NCBI GenBank assembly: GCA_030141605.1
Contig: JAQGDQ010001486.1
Location: forward strand, 1 to 38,510
Direction of reading: 5' to 3'
Source: Tubiluchus corallicola
Lineage: Eukaryota; Animalia; Priapulida
DNA length: 38,510 nt
Numbering within the stretch: the stretch's first letter is position 1; the number at the start of each line of letters is the position of its first letter. This document shows, piece after piece, positions 13,971-26,070 of this stretch. The position numbers and the translations under genes were made by a program. A model generated the notes under the pieces. The model made no database searches, was not told the origin of the DNA, and was given only the letters and a program-made list of their open reading frames with translations.

Positions 13971-15060
13971 GTGAAAAAATCACAAAAAAAAATTCACAAG
14001 AAAAAAGTCGCAAAAACACAGGAAAAAAGAAATGACCCCAACCTTAACCCTAACCCCAACTGTAACCCTAATCCTAACTCTAACCCAACAGTAATCTTAA
14101 TCCTAATCCTAACCCTAACCCCAACATAACACTAACCCAGCAGTAACCTTAATCCTAATCCTAACCATAACCCCAACATAACACTAACCCAGCAGTAACC
14201 TTAATCCTAATCCTAACCATAACCCAGCAGTAACCTTAATCCTAATCCTAACCCTAACCCAACAGTAACCTTAATCCTGACCCTAACCCTTGTTGGCATC
14301 TTTCTGTCTCGGAAGACAATGGAGTGTGCGCCAAGAGAGTCAGTTATTGATCACATTGATGGAGCTGCAGCGTCCACTGTGGCTGAGCAGTGCGATCCTT
14401 GAACGTCTTCAGGGCGCATGCCTGGGCAAGGTGTATGGAGATCCTGAGTTGCCCAGACAACAGGAACCCCCACTCTTCCTCGCTGGTGTAGTCCAAAGGA
14501 AAGCGGAGCGATACGTTTGGCACCAGGTTAGCTGCAGGAGCTGCAGGAGCTGCCGGAGTCAGTGATCATGCTGCACTGGTCCGCCTTCGGGAACCCTAAC
14601 CCAACAGTAACCTTAATCCTAATCCTAACACTGACCCCTAACACTAACTCTGGTCCTAACCTTAATCCTAACCCTAACACCAACCGTAACCCTAATCCTA
14701 ATCTTAACCCTAACCGCAACCTTAACCCTAACCCTAATTCTAACCCTAACCGCCACCTTAACCCTAAGCCAACAGTAACCTTAACCCTAATCCTAACACC
14801 AACCATAACCTTAACCCTAATCCTAACCCCAACCATAACCTTAACCCTAATCCTAACCCCAACCATAACCTTAACCCTAATCCTAACCCCAACCATAACC
14901 TTAACCCTGATCCTAACCCCAACCATAACCTTAATCCTAATCCTAACCCTTAACCATAACCCTAACTCTAACCTTAGTCGAAGTTAATTGTTACCTTTCT
15001 ACTGTCACTTTTTTCCTAGTCAAGATTGTGACTTTTTCCTGTGACTTTATTCCCGGTCAC
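13971..15060 (+). mobile_element. Non-autonomous element with a degenerate telomere-like (CCCTAA/CCTAAT)n core and AAAAAGTCAC / GTGACTTTTT subterminal repeats
   Basis: CCTAAC-type arrays at 14035-14290 and 14592-14975, flanked by inverted multi-copy GTGACTTTTT motifs. The same architecture occurs at 21300-21955 and, reversed, at 31625-32175. Confidence 0.65.
14291..14591 (+). mobile_element. GC-rich 301-bp insertion resembling the 5' region of an RTE-clade retrotransposon
   Basis: Sharp compositional break inside the telomere-like array. The motif gtccaaaggaaagcggagcgatacgtttggcaccag resembles, from memory only, RTE 5' sequences. Confidence 0.5.
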
Positions 15061-15642
15061 CTTTCAAACGTACGCCTGAACCAAACACCGCGTTACTTTT
15101 GCCTCTACGTGACCTATATACTTTCGAAAATCAATTTAGTAACTTTTGTCTAGTAAGAAATTAAATAATACAGCTCGATGGAACATGCTTGATACATTAA
15201 CATACAGGCATTTCATGGAACATCAGCTTTGCTTTCAAACCACCTAATGCAATAACTAACCGATAATAAAATTAACCAAGGATGAAATGAACAGGAACTA
15301 ACATACAATATAACGTACAACGTAGTTTGGGGTACCGCATAACTCATAACTCATCCGTTTTAAATTACAACCAAATTAATGCAGTACTTGTAACAAAAAA
15401 TTATAAATGATAATTGCAATGAACTTTTTTAATGATATATTATCCGTTGTTTTCTGCAAGTAAATCAGACTTACATTAATACGTTTTTATTTTTTGAGTT
15501 AAATTAAATTTCCCTTTGTAATTTTACGACGATTTATTTCAAAACATTTCTAACAATAGGGCTTGGTAAGAGGTCTGTAAGGCCATTTACCAAGGTGGTT
15601 GACGTTGGTCAGTTAATGGCCACTGATTCCAATGGCCAAATA

Positions 15643-15700
15643 GTAATAATAATAATGAGAATGAGAATGATATTGATGATGATGATGATGATGATGATGT

Positions 15701-15746
<46 letters not shown>

Positions 15747-15925
15747 AATAATAATAATAATAATAATTGTTTTTATAGTTGTTGTTGTTGTTGTTGTTGT
15801 TGTTGCTGTTGCTGTTGCTGTTGTTGTTGTTGTTACTGTTGCTGTTGCTGTTGCTGCTGTTGCTGCTGCTGTTGTTATTGTTATTGTTGTTGTTGTCGTT
15901 GTTGTTGTTCTTGCTGTTGTTGTTT
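15643..15925. repeat. Compound microsatellite (ATG)n-(ATA)n-(GTT/GCT)n
   Basis: Direct reading of the sequence. Confidence 0.95.
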
Positions 15926-16354
15926 ATTAGCCTGACTTCCCAGATGGTTCATCGGCTTAGCAGAGTTAAAAATGCAATAAGATCACTGAACTAAAAAATG
16001 TTACACTACACAAATTAAAATTTATCAAATTACGTCAGGTGACTAAAATTTACAGATTACGGATTACTAAAAACTCCTGAAAATAAGTGTTTTAAGCCGA
16101 AATATAAAACAAGGAAGTGACGGCGACGTTTTGACATGAAGGGGCAGCTGGTTCCAAAGATGCCCGCGCAGCATAAGCAAATGACCGACCAGCACAAATG
16201 GCAAGACCTTTGGCCACTCCACTGCATTATTTTCCTGTTCAGTGTTATTATGTTTTCTGCTTTTGCTTTTGGGTAAAGAGTTCTAATAAAAACCACATTA
16301 CACCAATTTACACCAAATATTTGCAATAGTAATTAATTAGTCACATAAACTAAT

Positions 16355-16419
16355 AACATTAACATTAACATTAACATTAACATTAACATTAACATTAACA
16401 TTAACATTAACATTAACAT
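16355..16419. repeat. (AACATT)n hexanucleotide repeat
   Basis: About 10 perfect copies. Confidence 0.95.
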
Positions 16420-17356
16420 GTTTCTTAAGTTAAAGTACTACAAGAATGAATTAACATGTGCTGCCACCTACATTTAAAATTATTTATTATTGAACTGAAT
16501 TGAGTTTAATTCAGGCTGTGGCCTTGGTCTGCTGCTCAGTCACCTGTACCTGTTGGGCTCCCCATATATGGTAGTGTTAATTGCTAGTGTGTTTTACTAG
16601 CCAATCAGGTAAGGTCAGTGGATGCATGTGACTTTTGAAGTTTTGCCAAGGCCAGATGAGGTTTTTTCTTCTTGAGCATTGCTGTTTCATGGCCTTGTTT
16701 CTTGTAAATAATAGTGCAATTTGTAAATAGAAATACTATCACACTACAACACAATTTCAAATTTTTTGTTTCAACCACCAGAGTTAATCAGTCTAGAACA
16801 GTCTACACTAGCTTCATTCTAATATACTTCAAGCTCTCTGCACATTCAATCCTTCTATGCTGTCAGCTAAAACTTCTTTCAACAATTTTTTACTTTGTAA
16901 TATATGGAATTACAAACTAAAATGTAAAATAATGGAAGCTATTTACTATTACTGCTTTGCTATTATTTTACGATAAGCCAGGAATATAGTTAAGCAACAG
17001 AAGTAAGAAATCGTGTTTATTCCTTTTTGCACTGACCAGAAATTACATCAACAGACTTCAAATGTACGCAAATTAATGAAGAAGACAGATTAAAATAGAC
17101 AGACTAAAATATTTCATTTAAATTATTTCAGGACTGTGTCGTACAACTTGGTGATTTATTAAAACAATACAACAGCAAAATCGTTTAATATTAACGAATA
17201 ATAATTCGATAGCGTTACGGAATGAGTAACTACTATAATTTAATGAGAAAACGATTTAAGCAGTTGACAAAATAATAGCGTGTCCATTGTTATAACGTTT
17301 TAACAGCTGCTCAATATTTTCCATTGTTCCTGAACAATGACAATTTGTGTTTAACC

Positions 17357-17824
17357 CAGGGGTGTGCAAATTGCGGCCCGGCGAGAGAATTTGTGCGACC
17401 CGCGAAAAGATTTGTCAACCTAATGAAAGTGCGGCCCGGGCGAGACTGAGTGTATCCAGCTGAAATCCGTGCCACGATCCCAAAGATTGTGCGGGTAGTT
17501 TCCGATGCCATTAACCCTTACAAGATGGTTGTAGCTTAATGTCACTGTACTACACAGAGTGTGTGACACACGTTACTAATATGTATTGTAATGAAATTAC
17601 CACTATGTGTCCTGAAAGTAGAAATATATGGTTTGTAATATAAATTTTAATTACTTCTAAAATAGTTTCTTGAGTGTAGTAGTAATGATGTACGCAGGTC
17701 GGATACAAAAAAATCGTTATTAGACCTTTCTGTACTTGGCTCCTTGATCAAACTGCCTGTGGTCCGCGGGAATTGCGGGAAAGTTTAATGTGGCCCGGCT
17801 AGTCAGATAATTTGCACACCCCTG
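17357..17824. mobile_element. hAT (Charlie-like) MITE, 468 bp
   Basis: Perfect 16-bp TIR CAGGGGTGTGCAAATT, subterminal GGCCCG motifs, and 8-bp flanks gtttaacc / ttttaaca (6 of 8 match, central TA). Confidence 0.85.
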
Positions 17825-19266
17825 TTTTAACATAAACTTTAAATGACTTAACATTGACAAAGACTTGCTCTAAATTACCGTCTTAGTTGTTATATTTTAC
17901 AAACGAGATATCCAACTTTATGCGTAAACATTACAGCAAAAAAATGATGTACCTTAGCCAAATGTTGGAATTGCCTACCATTGCACAAACTGTGGTTAGT
18001 TTCTGACGTAACGAACAGCTGTGTTCGGTTGCCGTTAATTAAGTTTCTAAGCTAATTTTATTCAAATATAAGAAACAACTGTTAACTTCTATAGCTGAGA
18101 AAATGTATATTTCGAACAGTAAATTAAAATGAGATTGAGTCTAAACAATCATCCTGTTTTCCTTTCTAACTGTCCATGTTTTAGTCAAGGAAAAACTGAG
18201 AAACCGTAACAATGCTTTAACAAGGTAGGGGAAGAAAACAAAGTCCCTTTTAAACCTCAAAAACTTTAATTTTTCTAGAAGCTTTCGTCTATATACATGT
18301 ATACATATATATATTTATATATTTTCCAAAAGCATATATATATGTATAGCGTAGCAGATGAACTAACGACTTCTTCCGTTAATAAAACCGTTTCTTGCAT
18401 TAGCGTTAATATAATTATGGCAGATAAACCTGTCAGAATCAAAGCATTCAGAAGTATAATAAAGGAAAGGAAAAATAAAAAAGCTGGTGGACATTGAATC
18501 GTAGAGAAATTTTAAATGAAGTATTTGCAACTAGATTAGAGTTACATGATTGTGAAGATGATGAAGCTAGTGAAACGGGTGTATATGGAAAAGAGGAGCC
18601 AGACTCAGTCAGTGTTTGATGAGAGAAATTCTAGCTTTAGTATATACACGAAGACTGCACAGGAGAAATTATAGAAACTGTAGAAATTTCGATTGCTGAT
18701 GAAGACCCAGGACGTACAATGAGGGTCAAATTCAAATGTAGTTCTAAACATGTTATTAACTTCAGTTTATTAGTACACCGTAATACATGTATAGGCCCAA
18801 CACACGTGCACCATTATAGTTCAATAAACGCAACAAAAACTCAAGTTTGTAGATGGGTGCATAGGGTCAGCGAGAAAGGGTTACTTAACAAATTAGGGAG
18901 TTCATAAGAGAGCAGGCATTCTGAAATCTACTTGGGACTGATCCAGTACCCAAATATTATAACTACATATATTATATGATATTATACAGTTCAGCTTTTT
19001 CTTAAACTCAAAACAAGAGACAAAGTTCGTGAGGTACAGAAGTATATGATAATTGCTATATAACTAAATTAATGCTCTTCTATGTAAACAAAACAAACAC
19101 TTATGAAAATGAGATTATTGCAAACTTATAAGAGCAAATCATACTAACAAAACAATTGATGTAGGACAATAAACTAAAGCTCCATCTTCATTCGAACTCG
19201 TGCGCTCCTAATAATGTGTTTTGGATCAAATAATTCTTTTTAACTTTTTCAAAAAATCACATCATA

Positions 19267-19272
19267 TTTATT
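19267..19272 (-). promoter_or_regulatory. Candidate polyadenylation signal (AATAAA) of the tachykinin gene
   Basis: AATAAA on the minus strand about 80 nt after the stop; another copy at 19346-19351 immediately follows the stop. Common by chance in AT-rich DNA. Confidence 0.35.
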
Positions 19273-19352
19273 TTTCAAACATTATTGACGTCACTTCCAA
19301 ATGACTATTGTAAAAAATATAGTATCATTTTCATAACTATTGATTTTTATTT

Positions 19353-19828
19353 TCATGCGTTTCGTTTCCCCCTGGCTCCAAAGAAACCTGCCCGTTTCTC
19401 CTGTTCCTCTGAATGGACTTCGCTGTCGTCACTCCAATCCCGTTTTTCGTCAAAATCGAACTTCTTTCCCCGTAATCCGAAGAATCCGGGTCGTTTAGCT
19501 GGAGACTTCCCCATCTTTGGATTGCTGACTCTTTTCTCATCAAAGTCGAACTTCTTCCCTCGGAGTCCGAAAAATCCGGCCCGCTTGTCTCCGAAGTCGA
19601 ACTTTTTGCCTCGAGCGCCGAAAAATCCGGCCCGTTTCTCGTCCGCCATTTGAGCCAGAACGTCGTCGTCGTCCGAACGTTTCGCGTCAAAGTCAAACTT
19701 TTTGCCCCGCAAACCGAAGAAGCCAGCCCTCTTGCTGTCAAGGTCAAATTTCTTCTGCATTTGTTGAGGTTCGGAGATGGTAGGTGCGAGGACGGCGTCT
19801 GTAACGGCTTCTAGTTGTCCAAGCTCGT
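19353..19828 (-). CDS. Tk: Tachykinin-related precursor, last coding exon encoding AGFFGLRa x2, AGFFGARa x2, (SPAKR)PGFFGLRa and FDFDx-type spacers
   Basis: Five copies of KR-xGFFG(L/A)R-G-K(K/R), i.e. dibasic cleavage sites, an amidating Gly and the FxGxR-amide signature of protostome tachykinin-related peptides. Acceptor tgttggtttcag|AC joins the G of exon 2 to give GAC (Asp) in frame. TGA at 19355-19353. Confidence 0.93.
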
Positions 19829-20064
19829 CTGAAACCAACATTGAAACCAATTGCAAGCTTGTTGAAACAAACAGAAGAAAAATTTCTTTTATTCTGCGAA
19901 AAGTTGTAAACTGTTTTCATAAAAATTTGCTAATAAACATAGTTAAGAAACTTACATTTCTAACATGGAAATAAAATCACGGAATTTTGTCAAATAAATT
20001 TATGATAAAAAGAAGGAAAGAAAAAAACCCAACAAAGTAGACGAGAAGTGCATGGTTTCGACTC

Positions 20065-20900
<836 letters not shown>

Positions 20901-21410
20901 ACTTAATAGCAAAACTCAATTACGAACTTTTACTCGCAACACTAGAAATAATTAAATAATTAAAATGAAAGTTCCTTTAATTACACTCATTAACAACTTG
21001 TCGGGAAAATAATTTTTAACCTTTTCGCAGATAATAGAATTTAAGAGCGAAATTAACGTACATTTCAAATTCTTATCATGAACACATAGATTTTACATTT
21101 TACATTAATTAGATGACAATTTTACGGTAATAATTGTAGTGACAAATTTAGTTATGCCTCTGTCCTTTCAAAAGTGCGCTTGTCTGAGGATTTTCTGTGC
21201 TGTTACACCTAATCGTATTAGTAAAAAGAGCAATGAAATTGCAGACTGGTTAATTAATATTAAACGACAATTTAGTAAACTACGAATCAGAGTAAAAGGG
21301 CCACACGTAAAAAGACATCGGTTAAAAAGTCACTGGAAAAAGGTACAGTAAAAAGAAATAAGCTTAACCCTAACCCTAACCCTCACCCCTAATCCTAACC
21401 TTAGCCTTAA

Positions 21411-21842
21411 AGGACAAGAAAATGGCCAACCAAAGTAAGCCTCAGAAAATACACAATAAAAAAATATATCACCTATGTATAATCTTAAACGAATAAAGTA
21501 CTCACGTTTTCGCATTTACTCAATTTCAATCGCTGCAGTTAACGGTTGGTGCAGACATGTTTCATTTAGCCCGCCAATTGAAAAACCAACATGCGACACG
21601 TGGCATGACATCACTGGAACACAGTCGCAGTGAGTTCTGAGCACGTGTACTAAAAAGATTTGTGTTGTGGTTCTGTGACGCCATCTAATATGGCGCCGCC
21701 GTGACAGTTTCGCGGGAGTATTTAAAATGAAAACAAACAGGAAATTCTTTTAACGTGAGTATGATAAAGATTGCCTCTAACCGTTATAATTCTTTATCAA
21801 AAAATTTCCGAGACTTGCTTTAACTAGGCCTTTTCTTGTCCT
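21411..21842. mobile_element. Kolobok-like MITE (432 bp) nested in a telomere-like-core element (about 21300-21955)
   Basis: TTAA|AGGACAAGAAAA ... TTTTCTTGTCCT|TTAA: perfect TTAA duplication and 12-bp TIR. Its right half resembles 2340-2480. Confidence 0.85.
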
Positions 21843-22256
21843 TTAACGCTAGCCAAACTTAATTATGACTTTTGGCCTGAGATCTTTTTTGTGACTTTCT
21901 CCTGACTTTTTTCTTAACCAAAATCCTGACTTTTTCCGTGACTTTTTCCTGTAACTTCCTTTAACGGTTAGACCAGACGGTTTAGACTAGTGGCAATGCG
22001 TCTGCTTTCCGTTTGGGAGGTCGTGAGTTCGACAGTGAGCTGCTACTGTCTACACGATTGCTCTAATTGTCACGGTCTGTGTCACTACAGTTATCATTCT
22101 CTGTGTCATTTTCTAGTTGTCACTGTCTATGACACTGTTACAGTTGCTGTTATCTATGTCAATACCACACTTGCCTTTGCCTATGTCACTGCTACATTTG
22201 TCAGTCTGTATCATTGCTATAGTTTTCTCATACAATATGAAAGTTCAACAATTCCA

Positions 22257-22307
22257 ATCATCATCATCATCATCGTCATCATCGCCATCATCATTATCAT
22301 AATCGTT

Positions 22308-22363
<56 letters not shown>

Positions 22364-22500
22364 TATTATCATCATCATCATTATTATCATCATCATCATC
22401 ATCATTATTATCATCGTCGTCATTATCATCATCGTCGTCATCATCATCATCATTGTCATCATCATTGTCATCGTCGTCGTCATCATCAGCAGCAGCAGCG
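22257..22500. repeat. (ATC)n microsatellite immediately after the exon 2 donor
   Basis: Direct reading of the sequence. Confidence 0.95.
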
Positions 22501-22516
22501 ACAGCATCAAACTTAC

Positions 22517-22589
22517 CCTCTAGTGTCGCAGCGTGCTCTGCGATGGCTGCCTGTTCATTGGCTTCCTGCCTTGAAACCTTTAATATGCC
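22517..22589 (-). CDS. Tk: Tachykinin-related precursor, coding exon 2 (GILKVSRQEANEQAAIAEHAATLE + 1 nt)
   Basis: Acceptor ttttgttatttcag|GGC (phase 0, matches exon 1) and consensus donor GAGG|GTAAGT (phase 1, matches exon 3). 73 nt, open in the required frame. Confidence 0.8.
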
Positions 22590-23379
22590 CTGAAATAACA
22601 AAAAACCTTGATTTACTAATTAAAACAAGAAAGATCTCTTCCTACGTAAAATCAGTAATGGCAAAAGCTTGTTAACGTGTCTCATTCAATGTATTTTTTT
22701 TCAAATAAGACAGGATCTATTCGAAGAAACGCTTCCATCATACTCTCTCTATAGAAAACCAAAAAATGTTTGTCTTGTATCAAGACAAATGCACAATGAC
22801 TTAGTGTAAAATATCGATGTTAGAATTTTTTGCTACGTGCTAAAACCTTAAAGCTGTGATTCTTCGAACTCAGACAGCGCAATTCAGATACGCTAGTTAT
22901 AGTAATAAAAAAATTTGTCAAAATGACGCAGAACTAAACGTTTTGCTAATTGATTGTACGTATAATTGTATTTTAAGTTATTGTGTAGACTGTCTTTTCC
23001 ACGAAACCATCCACGAAAACTCTGCACAAAGTTTCAAAAAATAATCGCGGCATTCGTTACTGATTCTTTACTAACTAAGCAAAGGCTTAAAGTACTTTAT
23101 GTTGTCAATAGGATAAATAATACGTTTTTTTGGCAAACCAGTAGTGCACAATGGGAAGGTGTGTCAGTGACGTTTTACCTGTTGGCGCAAATATTTGAAA
23201 TTACCAACAATTTTCTTTTACTGTTACATAAGTCTTTCAAGCAGGTAAGCGTAAGGCAAAGTAATATAACTTTGTGTGGAAAGTTTTCATAACAAACTTC
23301 AAAATTGCCTTTAAAGGAAGACCGGATGATTTTTCATGTACAGTACTTCTTACGGGAAGAATACGTCAATTTAAAAACG

Positions 23380-23645
23380 TCTTACTAGGTACAACATCCG
23401 TTGAACGAACGTGGTAAAACACACAGTTGCTTTTAGATGCATTGAACATAATGTTATAGTCAGCAGCAAAATTAACACAGCACTGTAACAAACGTTGCAA
23501 CACAGGTAAAGATGGGGTAATGAGTATTACATCATCGGCATACATAATGTGATTCATAAGCACCTCAGAGAAATGGCAGTAATGAGTATTACATCATCGG
23601 CATACATAATGTGATTCATAAGCACCTCAGAGAAATGGCAGCCTT
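23380..23645 (-). mobile_element. Non-LTR retrotransposon reverse-transcriptase fragment (YADD region) with a 62-bp tandem duplication
   Basis: Reads GCHFSEVLMNHIMYADDVILITPSLPVLQRLLQCCVNFAADYNIMFNASKS, a typical LINE RT segment. 23517-23578 is repeated exactly at 23579-23640. Confidence 0.85.
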
Positions 23646-23680
23646 TGAGGAAGACAGTTTAACGGGTGCCATCTTGTACC

Positions 23681-23875
23681 GGGTGGTATGGCTCAAAGTT
23701 AGCGTGTACCCCTCCCACCAGGAGGTAGGGGGTTCAACTCCCGACCGAGTCATACCAAAGAGTTAAAAACGGTACCGCTGGTTCTTGAACTTTATCGAAG
23801 CAACGTGCGGGCAATACTAATCAGAGCCACATTGGAAATAAGTTTTGAGTTACTTAAAATAAGATAATATGTGAT
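23681..23875 (+). mobile_element. tRNA-derived SINE
   Basis: A-box-like TGGCTCAAAGTTAG and B-box GGTTCAACTCC (23731-23741) at tRNA spacing, followed by a gtcataccaaag..aaaaacggtacc body. No full cloverleaf; 3' boundary uncertain. Confidence 0.65.
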
Positions 23876-25554
23876 GTAACCTACCCCATTTTCAAGTACG
23901 GTAAAAAATATATTTTTTAACACCAATAATACTGCAAAAGCGCTTCTGATAATTAAATAATAGACTAAACACTTAATTAACGTCAATCGAGCCCAACTAA
24001 TGATGACATCACAAACTAACATAATTTCCAACATCAAAAATATTAAACAAGTATGTTGCGCCTGTTGAAAGCGAAAATTGAAGTACAGTGCCACTGTGAG
24101 AGATGTACTGTGTTGTACTAAAACTAAGCAAATTTTAAGATAAAAATTCAAATTTCAAGTTTATGCTCACGCATGAACTGTTGAACGTGTGTAGTTCGTC
24201 AGAAACTAACACATCTGAACTGAAAGGTACACCACCTGTTTTTGTGCACTGCGTTTCCGAAATGCAGGCGCTAATGCCAATCTAACTAGCGAATGGCGAA
24301 ATACAGCGAAGAACTAATGAACGAACCCGAAATTGCGTTTGTGTGGTAATAATTCTTTCAGTGTAAGTCACTTTTGAAATAATAGTATGATTCATTTAAA
24401 TACTGGGTCCAGTTTTGCTTTAAAGCCAGGTTACGAGGACTATACTTTCACACGCACTCATCGCCTGTTTTCATCTAAGAAACATTGTTAATCAAACCTT
24501 ACAGCATCCTTGCATTTCAGACCTCAAGAAAAGAACAACTATGAATTTTATTTCACACATCAAAAAATACAATATCAAACACATTAATAAACTTTAAATA
24601 AAATAATTTGAGTAGTGCGAGGTGAGTGTACGACTATACGGTCATTAACATACTCACCTTACTTAAATGAAAAAATGATTATAGTTATGCATGCTTCTGT
24701 AGATAACTTAATGTAAATAAGGATGAAGTAAATGATGTAATAATAGCAATGGTATAAGAGCAATAAACCTGAAAGTTGAGAAAGGAAAACATAATATGTA
24801 ATTACGACTTTGAGTGAGCATTAAAGAGTGAAAAAAAATTTTTAAATAGTTACGAATGTGAATTATGCGATTATCTGTCAATGCACCACTTACTTGTATT
24901 AAAATGCACCATATTGATTACTTGTATATACAATGATATACATATACACAATTATGTACCCAAATTTAAGTGGGGGAGAAGAGATTAAATTATACGTTAT
25001 ACTTGTAGTAATAACTATAATTGTAAAGACCTTGGCACGCCGTTATACGGCTGCAAAAAGTACGATATACATCGAATGGCCTCTTCTTAAAAGTTTAATG
25101 GTCAATACCACACTACTTCCTGATTGTAAAAGTACGCAAATTTTGACTCAATCGACTAAAAACTTCTATTCCCAGTAGATCGCCCGCGGATGATTTAAAA
25201 GCAACATAAACATTTTATCGGGTCGAAGCAAGCAGCCCCCGAAGTGTTCGTTTAATTATTTTTACGAAAGAAAACTGTTTTCGCCGTAGCTTATAAGACG
25301 ATAAAGTGCCATTTAGTGGTGTCGTTTATCGCTATGCAGCCTTGTCTGACGCTTAATCTCTCTAAACAAGCTTACCTTGTGTTTTGGGACTGATAAGCCT
25401 CTTCAAACATCGTTATTATAACCTGTTATTATCTCTGGCGTTGCTGTTAAAATCAAGAGCTTTGTAAAACTATAACCTTTCAATGGAGGCTAGGGAGCTG
25501 GCCTGAGTGATTGTGAGAGAACAATGATGGCGACGATGATGCTGATTATCGTAA

Positions 25555-25832
25555 TAACAACAACAACGACAGCTACAGAAACAGCAGCAGCAACAACAAC
25601 AACACAACAATGACAACAACAGCAATAACAACAACAATAACAACAACAGCAACAACGACAGCGACAGCAGCAGCAGTAACAACAACAACACAACAATAAC
25701 AACAACAACAACAATAACAACAACAACAACAATAACAATAACAACAACAACAACAACAACAACAACAACGACAGCGACAGCAGCAGCAGCAGCAACAACA
25801 ACAACAACAAACAACAACAGCAACAACAACAA

Positions 25833-25890
<58 letters not shown>

Positions 25891-26070
25891 AACAATAACA
25901 ATAACAATAACAATAACAATAACAATAACAATAACAATAACAATAACAATAACAATAACAATAACAATAACAATAACAATAACAATAACAATAACAATAA
26001 CAATAACAACAACAGCAACAGCAGCAGCAACAACAATAACAGCAGCAACAACAACAACAACAACAACAAT
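25555..26070. repeat. (AAC)n/(AACAAT)n/(AGC)n compound microsatellite
   Basis: Direct reading of the sequence. Confidence 0.95.

Larger units (their letters stand above)
23315..24395 (+). mobile_element. Family A TTAA-flanked element interrupted by a ~540-bp insertion
   Basis: Left end TTAA|AGGAAG..ttttcatgta resumes at about 23880 (ctaccccattttcaag) when compared with the copies at 595 and 30965. Ends CAT|TTAA. Confidence 0.65.

Noticed and set aside
14035-14975. True telomere or chromosome-fusion site
   Set aside because: Repeats are degenerate, in a single orientation and embedded in a recurring interspersed element.
18690-18740. Hammerhead-like CTGATGAAGACCC...GGGTCAAA
   Set aside because: Lacks the G of the conserved GAAA and stems I and III are unconvincing. 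The region may be a decayed transposon, but I could not define it.
19285-19747. Antisense ORF 19285-19653 (+) and alternative-frame ORF 19337-19747 (-)
   Set aside because: Shadows of the repetitive, GC-richer tachykinin exon, with no independent features.
19829-19856. N-terminus MQLVSMLVS of the 167-aa ORF as the true start
   Set aside because: No signal peptide. The segment contains a good splice acceptor in the phase required by exon 2, so it is treated as intron.
21506-21532. Micro-exon ending in a GTGAGT donor (minus strand)
   Set aside because: Contains TAA in the required phase and lies inside a MITE.
23681-23750. Functional tRNA gene
   Set aside because: A and B boxes are present, but there is no proper acceptor stem and it continues into a SINE-like body.
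25376-25443. Extra tachykinin exon ending AAG|gtaagc (minus strand)
   Set aside because: Each nearby acceptor gives either an in-frame stop or a 47-nt exon that frameshifts exon 2.
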